NCBI GenBank assembly: GCA_965207885.1
Contig: OZ242311.1
Coordinates: forward strand, 1,088,001 to 1,152,000
Direction: 5' to 3'
DNA length: 64,000 nt
Source of the DNA: Candidatus Latescibacterota bacterium
GTDB lineage: Bacteria > Latescibacterota > UBA2968
Under the pieces are notes generated by a model. The model was not told the origin of the DNA, did not search any database, and was given only the letters and a program-made list of their open reading frames with translations. How positions within the stretch are numbered: position 1 is the first letter of the stretch; the number at the start of each line of letters is the position of its first letter. The position numbers and the translations under genes are program-made. Shown here one piece after another: positions 8,750 to 18,724 of this stretch.

Positions 8750-11700
8750 ATGAAATACCTTTATTATTTGGTTTGCCTGTTGTTGATCGGGGTGCCGATC
8801 GCCTTCTCGCCCGCGGACGTATCGGCCGGGACGGTCGGCAAACTCAATGGTGTTGTGGCCGATGTCTCAGGCGCGCCATTACCCGGGGCCAACGTGGTGA
8901 TCCAGGGCACCCGCAGGGGTGCTACGACCGATGCAGAAGGCTACTTTCTCATCCTGTCGGTCGAACCCGGCAGGTATAAACTGGAAGCCTCGATGGTCGG
9001 TTATACCGCGGCGACCAAACAGGATGTGGTCGTGCAAGCGGATTTCACCACCACCGTCGATTTTAATCTGGTGGAGGCCGCGCTACAGGCCGAAGAACTG
9101 GTGGTGATTGCCGAGCGACCACCAGTAGAGCCGGACCGGACCTTCAGCCGTTATGTCGTCGATGCCGAGGACATCGAGAATGTGCCCCTTGCGCGCACCC
9201 TCGATGAGGTGATCGCGCTACAGCCGGGCGTGTCGCTGGACGGCAACCTCCGCATCCGGGGTAGCAACAATGCGTCTATGGCTGGCTCAAACGATACCTT
9301 TGTGGAGATTGACGGGGTTCGACTCGTCAACAATGACGGATTTGTTGCTCCCACCTGGATGGGCATCAACAAAAGCGCCCTGCAGGAAGTGCAGGTGGTC
9401 ACTGGTGGGATGGAGGCCGAGTACGGCAACGCTCAGGCAGGCGTGATCAGCCTGGTCACCAAAGAGGGCCGGGACGCCTATACGGGCTTTGGGGAATACC
9501 GCCTGGACCTGCCGGCCAAGAGGCACTGGGGACCGAATATCTACGATCATCCCTTCCACGCAGGCAAGGTGGATTGGAGTGACCCGGCCTTTACGAACGA
9601 AACCGATCCCGAGACCGGGCGCAAGGTGCATGAACGCACCGACTACACGGGCGTGTTCGGGCACTATTTGGAAGGTTCGGCCTCTGGACCGATCGCTAAG
9701 GATGTCTCCTTCTTTGTGAATGCGGCCCACAGTCGCAAGGCCCCCATCTATCCCAGCGCGCTCAACCGCGAGCCACTCAATATCCAGACTTTCGGCAACT
9801 TTGTCACCCGACCATCTTCCAACTTCAAGGTTAAGTTGGGCGGGGTGTTCGCCTATTACGAGGGTTTCGATCCCGGGACCAGAGGCAGCAGACGAATTGG
9901 AGGGTCTAATACGAGGATCGATCCCGATGATCCCTTCGCTGGCCAGCAGCTAGATACCGACGGGGGTGTGCGGGGTATCACCAGGGGCGGGCGCAATCTT
10001 TTCCTGCCCGAGGGCCACTCTGCAGCTGGCAAACAGAACTTCAGCGAAAGGATGGCGTATCTCCTCTTTACCCATACCCTATCCCCCACGACCTTTTATG
10101 AGGTGCGTCTCAACTGGCAGCAAACCCTGACCGATACCAGCGATGTGCCTCCTGTGACCGAAGGTGTGCGACGCGACAGCAAGGGGTACTTCCTGCCGAG
10201 GGATATCTACTCCTTTAAGTATATGGATAACAAGCGGGTGCGCATCAAAGCCGATCTGAGCAGCCAGATCACCAAGGGACACTTTGTCAAAACCGGGTTT
10301 GAGATCACCCGCTACGGCCTCTACCACCACGAGGAGGGCTCCCGTCAGGCCCGCGCTTTTACGATCCGTCTTGCCGGCGGTCCGGGCGACCCGATCATCG
10401 GTATGGAGCGGGCCCATCCCATCCAGTACGGGGTCTATATCCAGGACAAGATGGAGTTTGAGGGCCTGGTGATCAACGCCGGTATCCGGTTCGACGCAAT
10501 GGACCCGGTAGAGGGCTGGCGCAATATCGCCACGCTCTGGATGTTCAGACACTACGAATCCCTGACGCGCTTTCGGAATATGCCCGTAACCGAAGACCTC
10601 CCCCTTTTGCACGCATGGAGTCCCAGGGTTGGAGTCTCTCACCCCATCACCGATCGCTCCACCATCCGGTTCTTCACTGGCGTCTTCCGGCAATTTCCCG
10701 ATATCCAGAATTTTTACCAGCGGGAATTCGGGGGGACAGGAGAGGACAGGGATGTGAACGGGAACGGACAGATCGATCAGATGGAGAAGTACAACAGCCT
10801 GAAGCAGTTCCACCACGCGGTCTCCGGGATGTCCGACATCGAGCCGGAAAAATCAACCAGTTTCGAGGCCGGGTTTGACTGGAACTTCGCCGGTAAATAC
10901 GTTGCCAGTGTCACCGCCTTTTACAGGGATCAGATGGGGATTATCACCAATGGCTCCACCTCCTGGCGCCTGGAGGAACCAGCTTTCGGGTACGACGGCG
11001 TCTCTTCAAGGGGATCCGGCAACCGGGGGCGGAAGTGGTCCCGGGGGTTCGAGGTCTCTCTGCGAAAGCAGTTCAGCAACATGGTCACGTTCAACGTGGC
11101 GTATAATCTTGCATGGACAAAAAATATGAATAACTCCGGCTTTCGGAACTGGCGAGCCTACCATGTGGTCGGGCCCTCATACGTCATGAGTGACCGATAC
11201 TTCGTGGGTGTGGATGCGCGGGCGGACGGGCAGGAGGTTCCTCACGCACCCACTCAGGAAGAGCGGGTGCAACTGGCCGAAAGGGCCAGGGCACAACTCA
11301 GGGATTACGATAGCCGAATCGGCGAGCCTCTGTCCGATGGCTACTGGAACGCCCCGGTGGAGATACTCGAGCCTGGGATTTATGCCTATACCATCGGCCG
11401 GTACAATACGCCGACATTGCAAAGCGGTATCGACCGGCGCAACATCCTCAGCGGGCAATTTCTTTTTTCCAGTCCCTCTGATTTTCACATTGCGCCCCTG
11501 GCCAGTCTTCGGATATCGTTGCTCTACCGGCTCCATACCGGTATTCCCTTCAATTATACGCCTCCCACAGGTCCCCAGGAACGACGGACCGGACCGATCT
11601 CTCTGGTTAGCGATATCAACCTGGAGAAGGAATTCTACATTGGTGGTGCTATGACAGCCACCGCTTTCCTGGAGATCCACAACCTCTGGAACGACAAGGC

Positions 11701-11863
11701 CGACATGACGACCGGTTTCGATTGGATACAGTGGGGGAAGCAGATGCCAGACCCGGACAACGGCACCTACTTGAAGTATGGGGATGGCGATATAGACCGT
11801 TACGACCAGGGACTGGGGCGATATCCCCGCAACTGGGTGGTCGGCGCACGCCTGAAGTTTTGA
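8750..11863 (+). CDS. TonB-dependent receptor with N-terminal carboxypeptidase-regulatory-like domain, copy 1
   Basis: PLPGANVVIQGT..GATTD, plug motif GGMEAEYGNAQAGVI, QDKMEFEG, terminal Phe (GARLKF). Confidence 0.9.
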   Translation: MKYLYYLVCLLLIGVPIAFSPADVSAGTVGKLNGVVADVSGAPLPGANVVIQGTRRGATTDAEGYFLILSVEPGRYKLEASMVGYTAATKQDVVVQADFTTTVDFNLVEAALQAEELVVIAERPPVEPDRTFSRYVVDAEDIENVPLARTLDEVIALQPGVSLDGNLRIRGSNNASMAGSNDTFVEIDGVRLVNNDGFVAPTWMGINKSALQEVQVVTGGMEAEYGNAQAGVISLVTKEGRDAYTGFGEYRLDLPAKRHWGPNIYDHPFHAGKVDWSDPAFTNETDPETGRKVHERTDYTGVFGHYLEGSASGPIAKDVSFFVNAAHSRKAPIYPSALNREPLNIQTFGNFVTRPSSNFKVKLGGVFAYYEGFDPGTRGSRRIGGSNTRIDPDDPFAGQQLDTDGGVRGITRGGRNLFLPEGHSAAGKQNFSERMAYLLFTHTLSPTTFYEVRLNWQQTLTDTSDVPPVTEGVRRDSKGYFLPRDIYSFKYMDNKRVRIKADLSSQITKGHFVKTGFEITRYGLYHHEEGSRQARAFTIRLAGGPGDPIIGMERAHPIQYGVYIQDKMEFEGLVINAGIRFDAMDPVEGWRNIATLWMFRHYESLTRFRNMPVTEDLPLLHAWSPRVGVSHPITDRSTIRFFTGVFRQFPDIQNFYQREFGGTGEDRDVNGNGQIDQMEKYNSLKQFHHAVSGMSDIEPEKSTSFEAGFDWNFAGKYVASVTAFYRDQMGIITNGSTSWRLEEPAFGYDGVSSRGSGNRGRKWSRGFEVSLRKQFSNMVTFNVAYNLAWTKNMNNSGFRNWRAYHVVGPSYVMSDRYFVGVDARADGQEVPHAPTQEERVQLAERARAQLRDYDSRIGEPLSDGYWNAPVEILEPGIYAYTIGRYNTPTLQSGIDRRNILSGQFLFSSPSDFHIAPLASLRISLLYRLHTGIPFNYTPPTGPQERRTGPISLVSDINLEKEFYIGGAMTATAFLEIHNLWNDKADMTTGFDWIQWGKQMPDPDNGTYLKYGDGDIDRYDQGLGRYPRNWVVGARLKF

Positions 11864-11890
11864 CCTTGAATATACACTGGAGGAATTTCA

Positions 11891-14069
11891 ATGTCCTTAT
11901 CTCTGATAAAGAAATGGCTTGGGGTGGGCCTGCTGGCGCTGGCGCTACTGCTGTCGGGCGCCCTGACCGCTTCGGCCCAGCTCGATTACTACGCCAGCCG
12001 CATGATGACGCGCTCGCTTGTGTGGGAGACCTTCATCCGGCAATGGCGTGCTGGTACTCACGAATGTGGATGGAGAGAAGCACGTCTCCTGGACCGGTCC
12101 GCGCCACCCCTCGGAGGATGTGTTCCCGATGATCTACGACATCCTGAACGGCCCAGAGGCCAATTGGGGCATCCGCACGGTCGTGCCCTTCAGGGGGATC
12201 AAGACCGGTCTGGAAATGTCCAACTGGTATCCCGGCGCAACGCCCAAGTCGGGCGATGCCACGGCTGCCGAACCCTACGAGATTCACAATTACGACTACC
12301 ATATCTATCCACCTGTGCAGGACGCGCCTGAGGAGATTCACATCACGCAGACGCGGTTCAAGCACAACATCGTGATGACGCGCAAGATATACGCCTGGAG
12401 CCACCAGGACTTCGACGACTTCATTATCGTGGATGTCGAGTTCGAGAACCGGGGCGATAAACAGCTCAATGACACCTACTTCGGCTTCAATAACACCCTC
12501 TACGTCAACTCCACCGGTACCTCTTACCGGTGGGGGCACGAAGGGGGGATGATCCGATACAACAGGTCGGGTGGGCTGGACGATTTCTTCCGTTTCTCGG
12601 GATCTCCCGGCTTCCAGCCCAATTCCCTCAGCGGCTTGACCGCTGCGGACTTCGCCGGCAAATACATCACCTATGTATATGACGGGAATACCACCAATAG
12701 CTTTGAGGAAGACACGGGAGATCCATTTGATTCCGATCTTGAAAATCCCGGTGGTTCCTTCCCGGCCAGCGGAGACCGACCGAAAGGCACACCGATCGCG
12801 CCAGAATACGCCGGGTTTGCACCTCTGGCGTTTCGCAATTCCGGTTCCAGCCACGTTTTCAACGCGAACGATCTGGCACAGGGCTATGTGGATCCGAAGA
12901 GCGACCAGGTTTTGGGGCATTGGTTCAGGGCACACGGGCTTGATAATATCGATGATCCCATCGGCAAGGGCGTCGGTATGGCCGAGCTCTACGACATTTA
13001 CACGGCTCCCTCGATGGCCGATCCCCCTGCAGAGGGGGTCGTCTGGTCCGACCAGATCTACGGTCCCTACGACCTGGCACCCGGAGATAAGGCCAAGATC
13101 GTGGTCGCCTACGTCTTTGGCCACGCCGGGGACATAGAAGAGAGCAATGTCGATTCCAGGACCGGTTTTGCAAGGGACCAGATGAGTTGGGCATTCGGGG
13201 TGGGGGAAAGGGGCCTGAATGACGATGCCCGCAAGCAGGTGCTTGCCCAGGGTGAAAAGGCCCTCCTGCAGAACCTGTCTCACGCCCAGTTCGCATACGA
13301 CAGCGGCTTCCGCATTCCCAACTCTCCTCCGGACGTGGACTTCCAGGCGGGAAATAACCAGGATGCCAACATCGAGATCTCGTGGACTGACGCCGCTGAA
13401 AAGGCAATCAATCCCGAATATGGGACGGCCGATGTTGTGGCCTACCGGATCTACCGATCTACCTTCCAGGAATACGGTCCGTGGGAACTGGTGGAAGAGA
13501 TTCCCGCCACCAGTGCCGGAACGTATAAGTATGTCGATACGAACTCTCTGGCTGGCTTTCGCTATATCTACAATGTCCGCGCCGTTGCTTCCCCCAAGCA
13601 GGACTGGAACGAAGGGTCAGTGACCCTGGCCGATCTGCCTCCGAAAGTCCGGGAACACCTCACCGTGAGCGGACTGGAGGGCGGCTACTCCGCGCCGGAG
13701 ACAAAGGTCAATGTGCCGCTGCGCCCCAAGATGGCCAGTAGCACATTGAGCGACAATCTGGAACGACAGGTGCGGGTGGTGCCCAACCCGTTCAGCGTGA
13801 CTCTGGACGGCCAGAGTTACCAGGGTGCCGAGAGCCTGCGGTTTGTGGGATTACCCCACAAGTGTACGATCCGCATCTTTTCGGTATCGGGCGATATGGT
13901 AGCGATAATCAGACACGACAACCCGCTTCTCGGCGAGACCAATTGGGAGTTAAAGGATCGGTTCCTCAGTGGAGAGGTCATTTCCGGACTGTACTATTTT
14001 GTCGTGGAATCCGAAGTACAGGAGAGCATGGGCAAGCTGTCTCGAGGAGCCTTTATCCTGCACAAGTAG
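11891..14069 (+). pseudogene. Secreted FN3-like/T9SS-CTD-like protein, copy 1, broken by an internal deletion of about 60 codons plus frameshift near 12033
   Basis: Signal peptide and TRSLVWETF in one frame, SSGNGVLVLTNVDGEK onward in another; both align to the intact paralog 43716-46058. Confidence 0.75.
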
Positions 14070-14097
14070 CTGTTTTAAATAAAGGATGGTTTCAACT

Positions 14098-15081
14098 ATG
14101 AAAAGAATTCTCTTCTTTGTGATCGCGATTGTCGTCTGCGGCACGCTGGGGGCGGAGGCACAGCAAGAGTTGGATGTGCCGCACCTGTTTAATGACAAGG
14201 TTACCGGAGCTTTTGAAAAGCAAGGGCCGAGTACGCTCGCCTTCCTGAAGGTCACACCCAGTGCCCGTATTGCGGCAATGGGCGATGCCTATACCTCTGT
14301 TGCTGAGGGCATGGATGCGATCTATTTGAATCCGGCCGGTATCACCTCGGTGCGGCGGTTGGGTTATTCCTTCGGATATGTGCAGTGGCTGGTAGATTCC
14401 AGGTTCTACTCTGGCGCTGTTGCCCTCAATGTCGGGTGGAACGCTGTGCTGGGCATTTCCGTGGTCAATCACCAACCTCCAGAGATCGAACGGACCACCA
14501 TCCTGGAGCCCAATGGCACAGGAGAAATGCTGGATGTAGGCGACTACGCCCTGGGTGTGATTTTTGCCCGTCAGTTGACCGACAAGCTCTCTGCGGCTGC
14601 CAAGTTCTCATTCGTACAGTCCAATCTTGGCCCGGAAAAGCTGGGCGGGACCTCGCTGAGCCTCTACACGTTGCTGCACACTGGCTACCGCAGCCTGCGC
14701 ATCGGCATGGGCATCAACAACCTGGGCAACGAGATGAAGATCCACAGCGACCCCGCGGAATTTCCAGTGGTGTTCAACCTGGGCACCTCGATGGAGGTCG
14801 TCGGCGAGTTGGGCGACCCGATGTCGTTGACCGCCTCCTTTGAGGGGGCCTACTTCACCGACCGCGACCAGCGCTATAATCTGGGCGGCGAGTTGTGGTT
14901 GAAGAATATCGTCGCGCTGCGCGCTGGCTATAAGTTTGACTACGATGCAGAATCGTGGACCGTCGGCGCAGGGCTGAAGGGCACCTTCTCAGGTCGAAAT
15001 ATTCGGCTGGACATCGCCTACTCCAATTTCGGCAAATATTTCGATGCCCCGATCCGTCTGAGTTTTTCCGGCTCGCTGTAA
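14098..15081 (+). CDS. PorV/PorQ (UPF0164)-family beta-barrel protein, copy 1
   Basis: FLKVTPSARIAAMGDAY..AIYLNPAG family signature; ALRAGYK; signal peptide. Confidence 0.85.
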   Translation: MKRILFFVIAIVVCGTLGAEAQQELDVPHLFNDKVTGAFEKQGPSTLAFLKVTPSARIAAMGDAYTSVAEGMDAIYLNPAGITSVRRLGYSFGYVQWLVDSRFYSGAVALNVGWNAVLGISVVNHQPPEIERTTILEPNGTGEMLDVGDYALGVIFARQLTDKLSAAAKFSFVQSNLGPEKLGGTSLSLYTLLHTGYRSLRIGMGINNLGNEMKIHSDPAEFPVVFNLGTSMEVVGELGDPMSLTASFEGAYFTDRDQRYNLGGELWLKNIVALRAGYKFDYDAESWTVGAGLKGTFSGRNIRLDIAYSNFGKYFDAPIRLSFSGSL

Positions 15082-15226
15082 CCGCCAGACTGAAAACGCG
15101 AAATCCCCTCGGCTTCCCTTTTAGGCGGAGCCGAGGGAACCTCAAGTGGCGCAAAGTTTACCCGACTGGATTTTTTCGGTTCGAATGGGGGGCTTTTGCG
15201 CCATTGCGATTTTTTTAACAGATTCC

Positions 15227-17239
15227 ATGCCAGATTCTTCAGCTCTTGACACCAAGGCCAGCCAGGCTCCCGAGAAGGCGCCCGCCCGCATCACCCTCCG
15301 CTCCGTTCTCCTGAGCGCGGCCACTGTCGTAATTCTCAACATCTATGCCGACTATGCCGGCATGGTCATGGGCTCCTTTTCCCTGAATAAGTCCCAGTTT
15401 CCAATGGCGATGCTTATCCCGTTTGGTCTTTGGCTCTTCGTCAACCTGGGCCTGAAGGCCTTTTTCCCCCGAGCGGCGTTGAGCGGCACCGAACTCCTGG
15501 TGATCTACAGCATGTCCTGGATCGCCGGAAATATCCCCTTCGAGGGTTTTACCGGCTACTGGGCGAGCACCCTTGCCGCTCCCACCTACTTTGCCTCCCC
15601 CGAGAACCGTTGGGAAGAGGCGTTCTTCGACGCCCTGCCCTGGTGGTATATGCCCGATGCGTCTCCGGCTGTTATCCGGCCCTATTACGACGGCCTTGCG
15701 CCCGAGACACCCGTGCCCTGGATCGGGTGGGTCAGACCCCTCTTTTGGGGTACGGCGGTCCCCGTCGCCGTGCTCACAGCCGGCATCTGCGCGTTTATTA
15801 TCCTCCAGCGCCAGTGGGAGGATGCCGAGCGGTTGACCTATCCGCTTGCGCAATTTGCCGTGGAGTTGACGTCGGGATTCGACGAGCCGGGACGGGTACC
15901 CCGCCTCTTCCGCGATGGCGTCTTCTGGGCGGGCTTTTTTCTGGTATTTGGTATCTTTCTCTGGAATATCGTGGGTTACTTCGCGGTCGTATTGCCCGAA
16001 ATCACCGTTTTTGGATTCTACCTGACCAAGGCGGTGCATGTAAGCAGGGACTTTCCTCCGGTCTATCTCCGCGTCCTGCCCACGGTGATCGGGCTTACCT
16101 ACTTCTGCAACCTGGATATCCTGCTCAGCCTCTGGGCATTCCGCTTGCTGGCGATTTTCAAATTGGGAATCATGAACCGCACTGGCTTCGGTATTGGACT
16201 GTCCGGACAGCAGGCTCCTCCCAGTGGAATCCTCGACCTGGAGGGCTACGGCGCAATGGTCCTGTTGGCGCTCTGGTCGGTCTGGGTCGCGCGGGGCCAT
16301 CTGCAGCGGGTCTGGCGCACCGCACTCGGGGACGTGGGTGCTGTGAAGGACGAGGGGACCGCGTCCTATCGGATTGCCCTGCTCGGGTTCGGGATTTCTA
16401 CCGTCTTCATCATCGGCTTGATGCACGCCTTCGGCATATCGCTCCCAATGGCTATCGCCCACACTCTAATGCTCTACATCGCCTACCTGACCGTTGCTAA
16501 GTTCACGGCCGCCAGCGGGTTTACCCATCTCTTTCCGGTGGCTGTAAAAGGGGGACCTATGCTGGAGACTCTGGTCGGCACCGCGAACCTCTCTCGGGGG
16601 GACCTCGTCGGCATCGGCATGGTCAACACGGGCGCGTTCTTCGGCAATCTCCGCATCCCGGCCTGGCCGGCGCTGCCACACCACTTCAAGCTCCTCAGCA
16701 GCCTCACCCGCAGGCGATCGCTCGTCGTCTGGCTCGCTCTGCTGGCGTTTCTCGCGGGTCTGTTCGCCTCCTTCTTCTTCGTGATCTACCTGCCCTATAT
16801 CTACGGTGGACAGAACCTGCACAAAGGACCTTTTAACCCGGAGGGATCACTGGTCGCTCCGTACAACAGGCTGGCGGCGAAAGTCCTGGAGAGCGATCTT
16901 ACCGTCTTCGACCCCGCCAAGGTGGGCGTTTGTCTTTTTGGCGCCCTGGAGGTTCTGCTCATGATATTGTTGCGCAACCGCCTGCCCTGGTGGCCCCTTC
17001 ATCCCCTCGGCCTGGCCTTCCAGAATACCACAGGTCCCCGGATCTACGCTTTCTCCATCTTCTTGACCTGGGCTGCCAAGAGCCTGATTATGCGCATCGG
17101 GGGCATTGGTCTGTATCGCCGCGCCGCTCCTTTTTTTATCGGTCTCCCGATAGGCTACGTCGCAGGGGTCTTTCTCTCCTCCCTTGTTGACTATATCTGG
17201 TTCCCCCTCGGAGACGGGCATTATGTTCACGGCTGGTAA
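15227..17239 (+). CDS. DUF6785/DUF6784-type multi-pass membrane protein
   Basis: LQRQWEDAERLTYPL, WWPLHPLG, C-terminal HYVHGW; start moved to ATG 15227. Confidence 0.8.
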   Translation: MPDSSALDTKASQAPEKAPARITLRSVLLSAATVVILNIYADYAGMVMGSFSLNKSQFPMAMLIPFGLWLFVNLGLKAFFPRAALSGTELLVIYSMSWIAGNIPFEGFTGYWASTLAAPTYFASPENRWEEAFFDALPWWYMPDASPAVIRPYYDGLAPETPVPWIGWVRPLFWGTAVPVAVLTAGICAFIILQRQWEDAERLTYPLAQFAVELTSGFDEPGRVPRLFRDGVFWAGFFLVFGIFLWNIVGYFAVVLPEITVFGFYLTKAVHVSRDFPPVYLRVLPTVIGLTYFCNLDILLSLWAFRLLAIFKLGIMNRTGFGIGLSGQQAPPSGILDLEGYGAMVLLALWSVWVARGHLQRVWRTALGDVGAVKDEGTASYRIALLGFGISTVFIIGLMHAFGISLPMAIAHTLMLYIAYLTVAKFTAASGFTHLFPVAVKGGPMLETLVGTANLSRGDLVGIGMVNTGAFFGNLRIPAWPALPHHFKLLSSLTRRRSLVVWLALLAFLAGLFASFFFVIYLPYIYGGQNLHKGPFNPEGSLVAPYNRLAAKVLESDLTVFDPAKVGVCLFGALEVLLMILLRNRLPWWPLHPLGLAFQNTTGPRIYAFSIFLTWAAKSLIMRIGGIGLYRRAAPFFIGLPIGYVAGVFLSSLVDYIWFPLGDGHYVHGW

Positions 17240-17267
17240 GTTGGAATTTTCAAACGGAGAAAACACA

Positions 17268-18713
17268 ATGTCAGACCATCTGCCAAATATCCTGTGGTAC
17301 TGCACCGACCAACAGCGCTTCGACACCATCGGCGCGCTGGGCAATCCCCACGCTCGCACCCCAGCACTCGACCGGTTGGTATCCGATGGCGTGGCTTTCA
17401 CGCGCGCCTACTGCCAGCATCCTATCTGCACCCCGAGCCGTGCCAGCTTTATGACCGGGCGCTATCCCAGTGCAGTACACGTCAATTACAACGGCAATGA
17501 CTACTTTCCCAAAGAAGCCGAGGCCACGCTCGTGAGCCGCTTGCTGGCAGAGGCCGGCTACGATTGCGGGCTGGTTGGAAAACTACATCTGGCGGGGAGC
17601 AAGAACGGGCGCGAATCCCGAGCCGACGATGGGTTCAGGTACTTCCAGTGGAACCACACTTTAGTTAACCCCCTGTCGCCCGACCAGGATGATTACGCCG
17701 ATTGGCTGAGTAAAAAAGGTCTGGATCCCGCCGAAGTCGTCAGGCTCCCGCACCGGAAGTTGGACCGCGTTATGGCCCCAACACCCGAACGCGACAACGT
17801 ACCACCCGACCTGCATCAGACCACCTGGTGTACGGAGAAAGCCCTTGAGTTTATCGGCCAGGCACAGGCCCCCTGGATGCTGTGCGTGAATGTCTTCTAT
17901 CCCCACAAACCCTTTAACCCGCCCTGGGAATACTATCGTCGGTTCGATCCCGCCGCCATGCCCTTACCACACTTCCGCGAAAGCGACATCGCCCACCAGG
18001 ACAGGCTGGCGGAGATGGGCGTGCGTTTTCAGACGCGCTCTCTTCCCCCCGATGAGAGAAACGCCCGGGCCCTGTATGCTGCGTACTGCGCCATGGTCGC
18101 GCTGGTAGATGACCAGTTCGGACGCATCCTGAGCTTTTTGGACGAAACCGCACAGCGCGAAAACACGGTTGTGCTCTTCACCAGCGATCACGGTGAAATG
18201 CTCGGGGACCACGGCCTGGTTCTGAAGGGCTGCCGCTTTTACGAAGGCGGAGTACACGTTCCCCTCATCTGGTCGTGGCCCGAACGCTTCCGGTGCGGTA
18301 TGCGCAGCCCGGCTCTGGTCGAACTCATCGATATCGCGCCCACCTTGCTGGATCTGGCTGGATTGTCGATTCCCGAGCGCATGCAGGGAAAGTCGTTGCT
18401 GCCCATCCTGACCGGGCGTGCAGAACCGGATAAGCACCGGGAATTTGTGCGGTCTGAATACTTCGACCACCGGCCATCCAGTCCCGTACACGCGACGATG
18501 TACCGGGACGACCAGTGGAAGATCGTGGCCTACCACAGTGCCGCGCACGATGATCTGGGCGAACTCTACGACCTGGAAAACGATCCCTGGGAGTTTACCG
18601 ATCTGTGGCAGAATCCGGAATATCGGGACCTGAAATTGCAGCTTTTGAAAAAAAACTTTGACGCTCGTGTGTTATCGATGGATCCCGGTCCTCCGCAAAC
18701 AATGAGTTTTTAA
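17268..18713 (+). CDS. Formylglycine-dependent sulfatase
   Basis: PNILW..TDQQR, CTPSRAS, GKLH, SDHGE, ELYDLENDP. Confidence 0.92.
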   Translation: MSDHLPNILWYCTDQQRFDTIGALGNPHARTPALDRLVSDGVAFTRAYCQHPICTPSRASFMTGRYPSAVHVNYNGNDYFPKEAEATLVSRLLAEAGYDCGLVGKLHLAGSKNGRESRADDGFRYFQWNHTLVNPLSPDQDDYADWLSKKGLDPAEVVRLPHRKLDRVMAPTPERDNVPPDLHQTTWCTEKALEFIGQAQAPWMLCVNVFYPHKPFNPPWEYYRRFDPAAMPLPHFRESDIAHQDRLAEMGVRFQTRSLPPDERNARALYAAYCAMVALVDDQFGRILSFLDETAQRENTVVLFTSDHGEMLGDHGLVLKGCRFYEGGVHVPLIWSWPERFRCGMRSPALVELIDIAPTLLDLAGLSIPERMQGKSLLPILTGRAEPDKHREFVRSEYFDHRPSSPVHATMYRDDQWKIVAYHSAAHDDLGELYDLENDPWEFTDLWQNPEYRDLKLQLLKKNFDARVLSMDPGPPQTMSF

Positions 18714-18724
18714 GGAGATATTAG

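Noticed and set aside
15104-15206. Two hairpins between the PorV-like and DUF6785 genes considered as a riboswitch
   Set aside because: No riboswitch consensus recognised; more likely a terminator or REP-like structure
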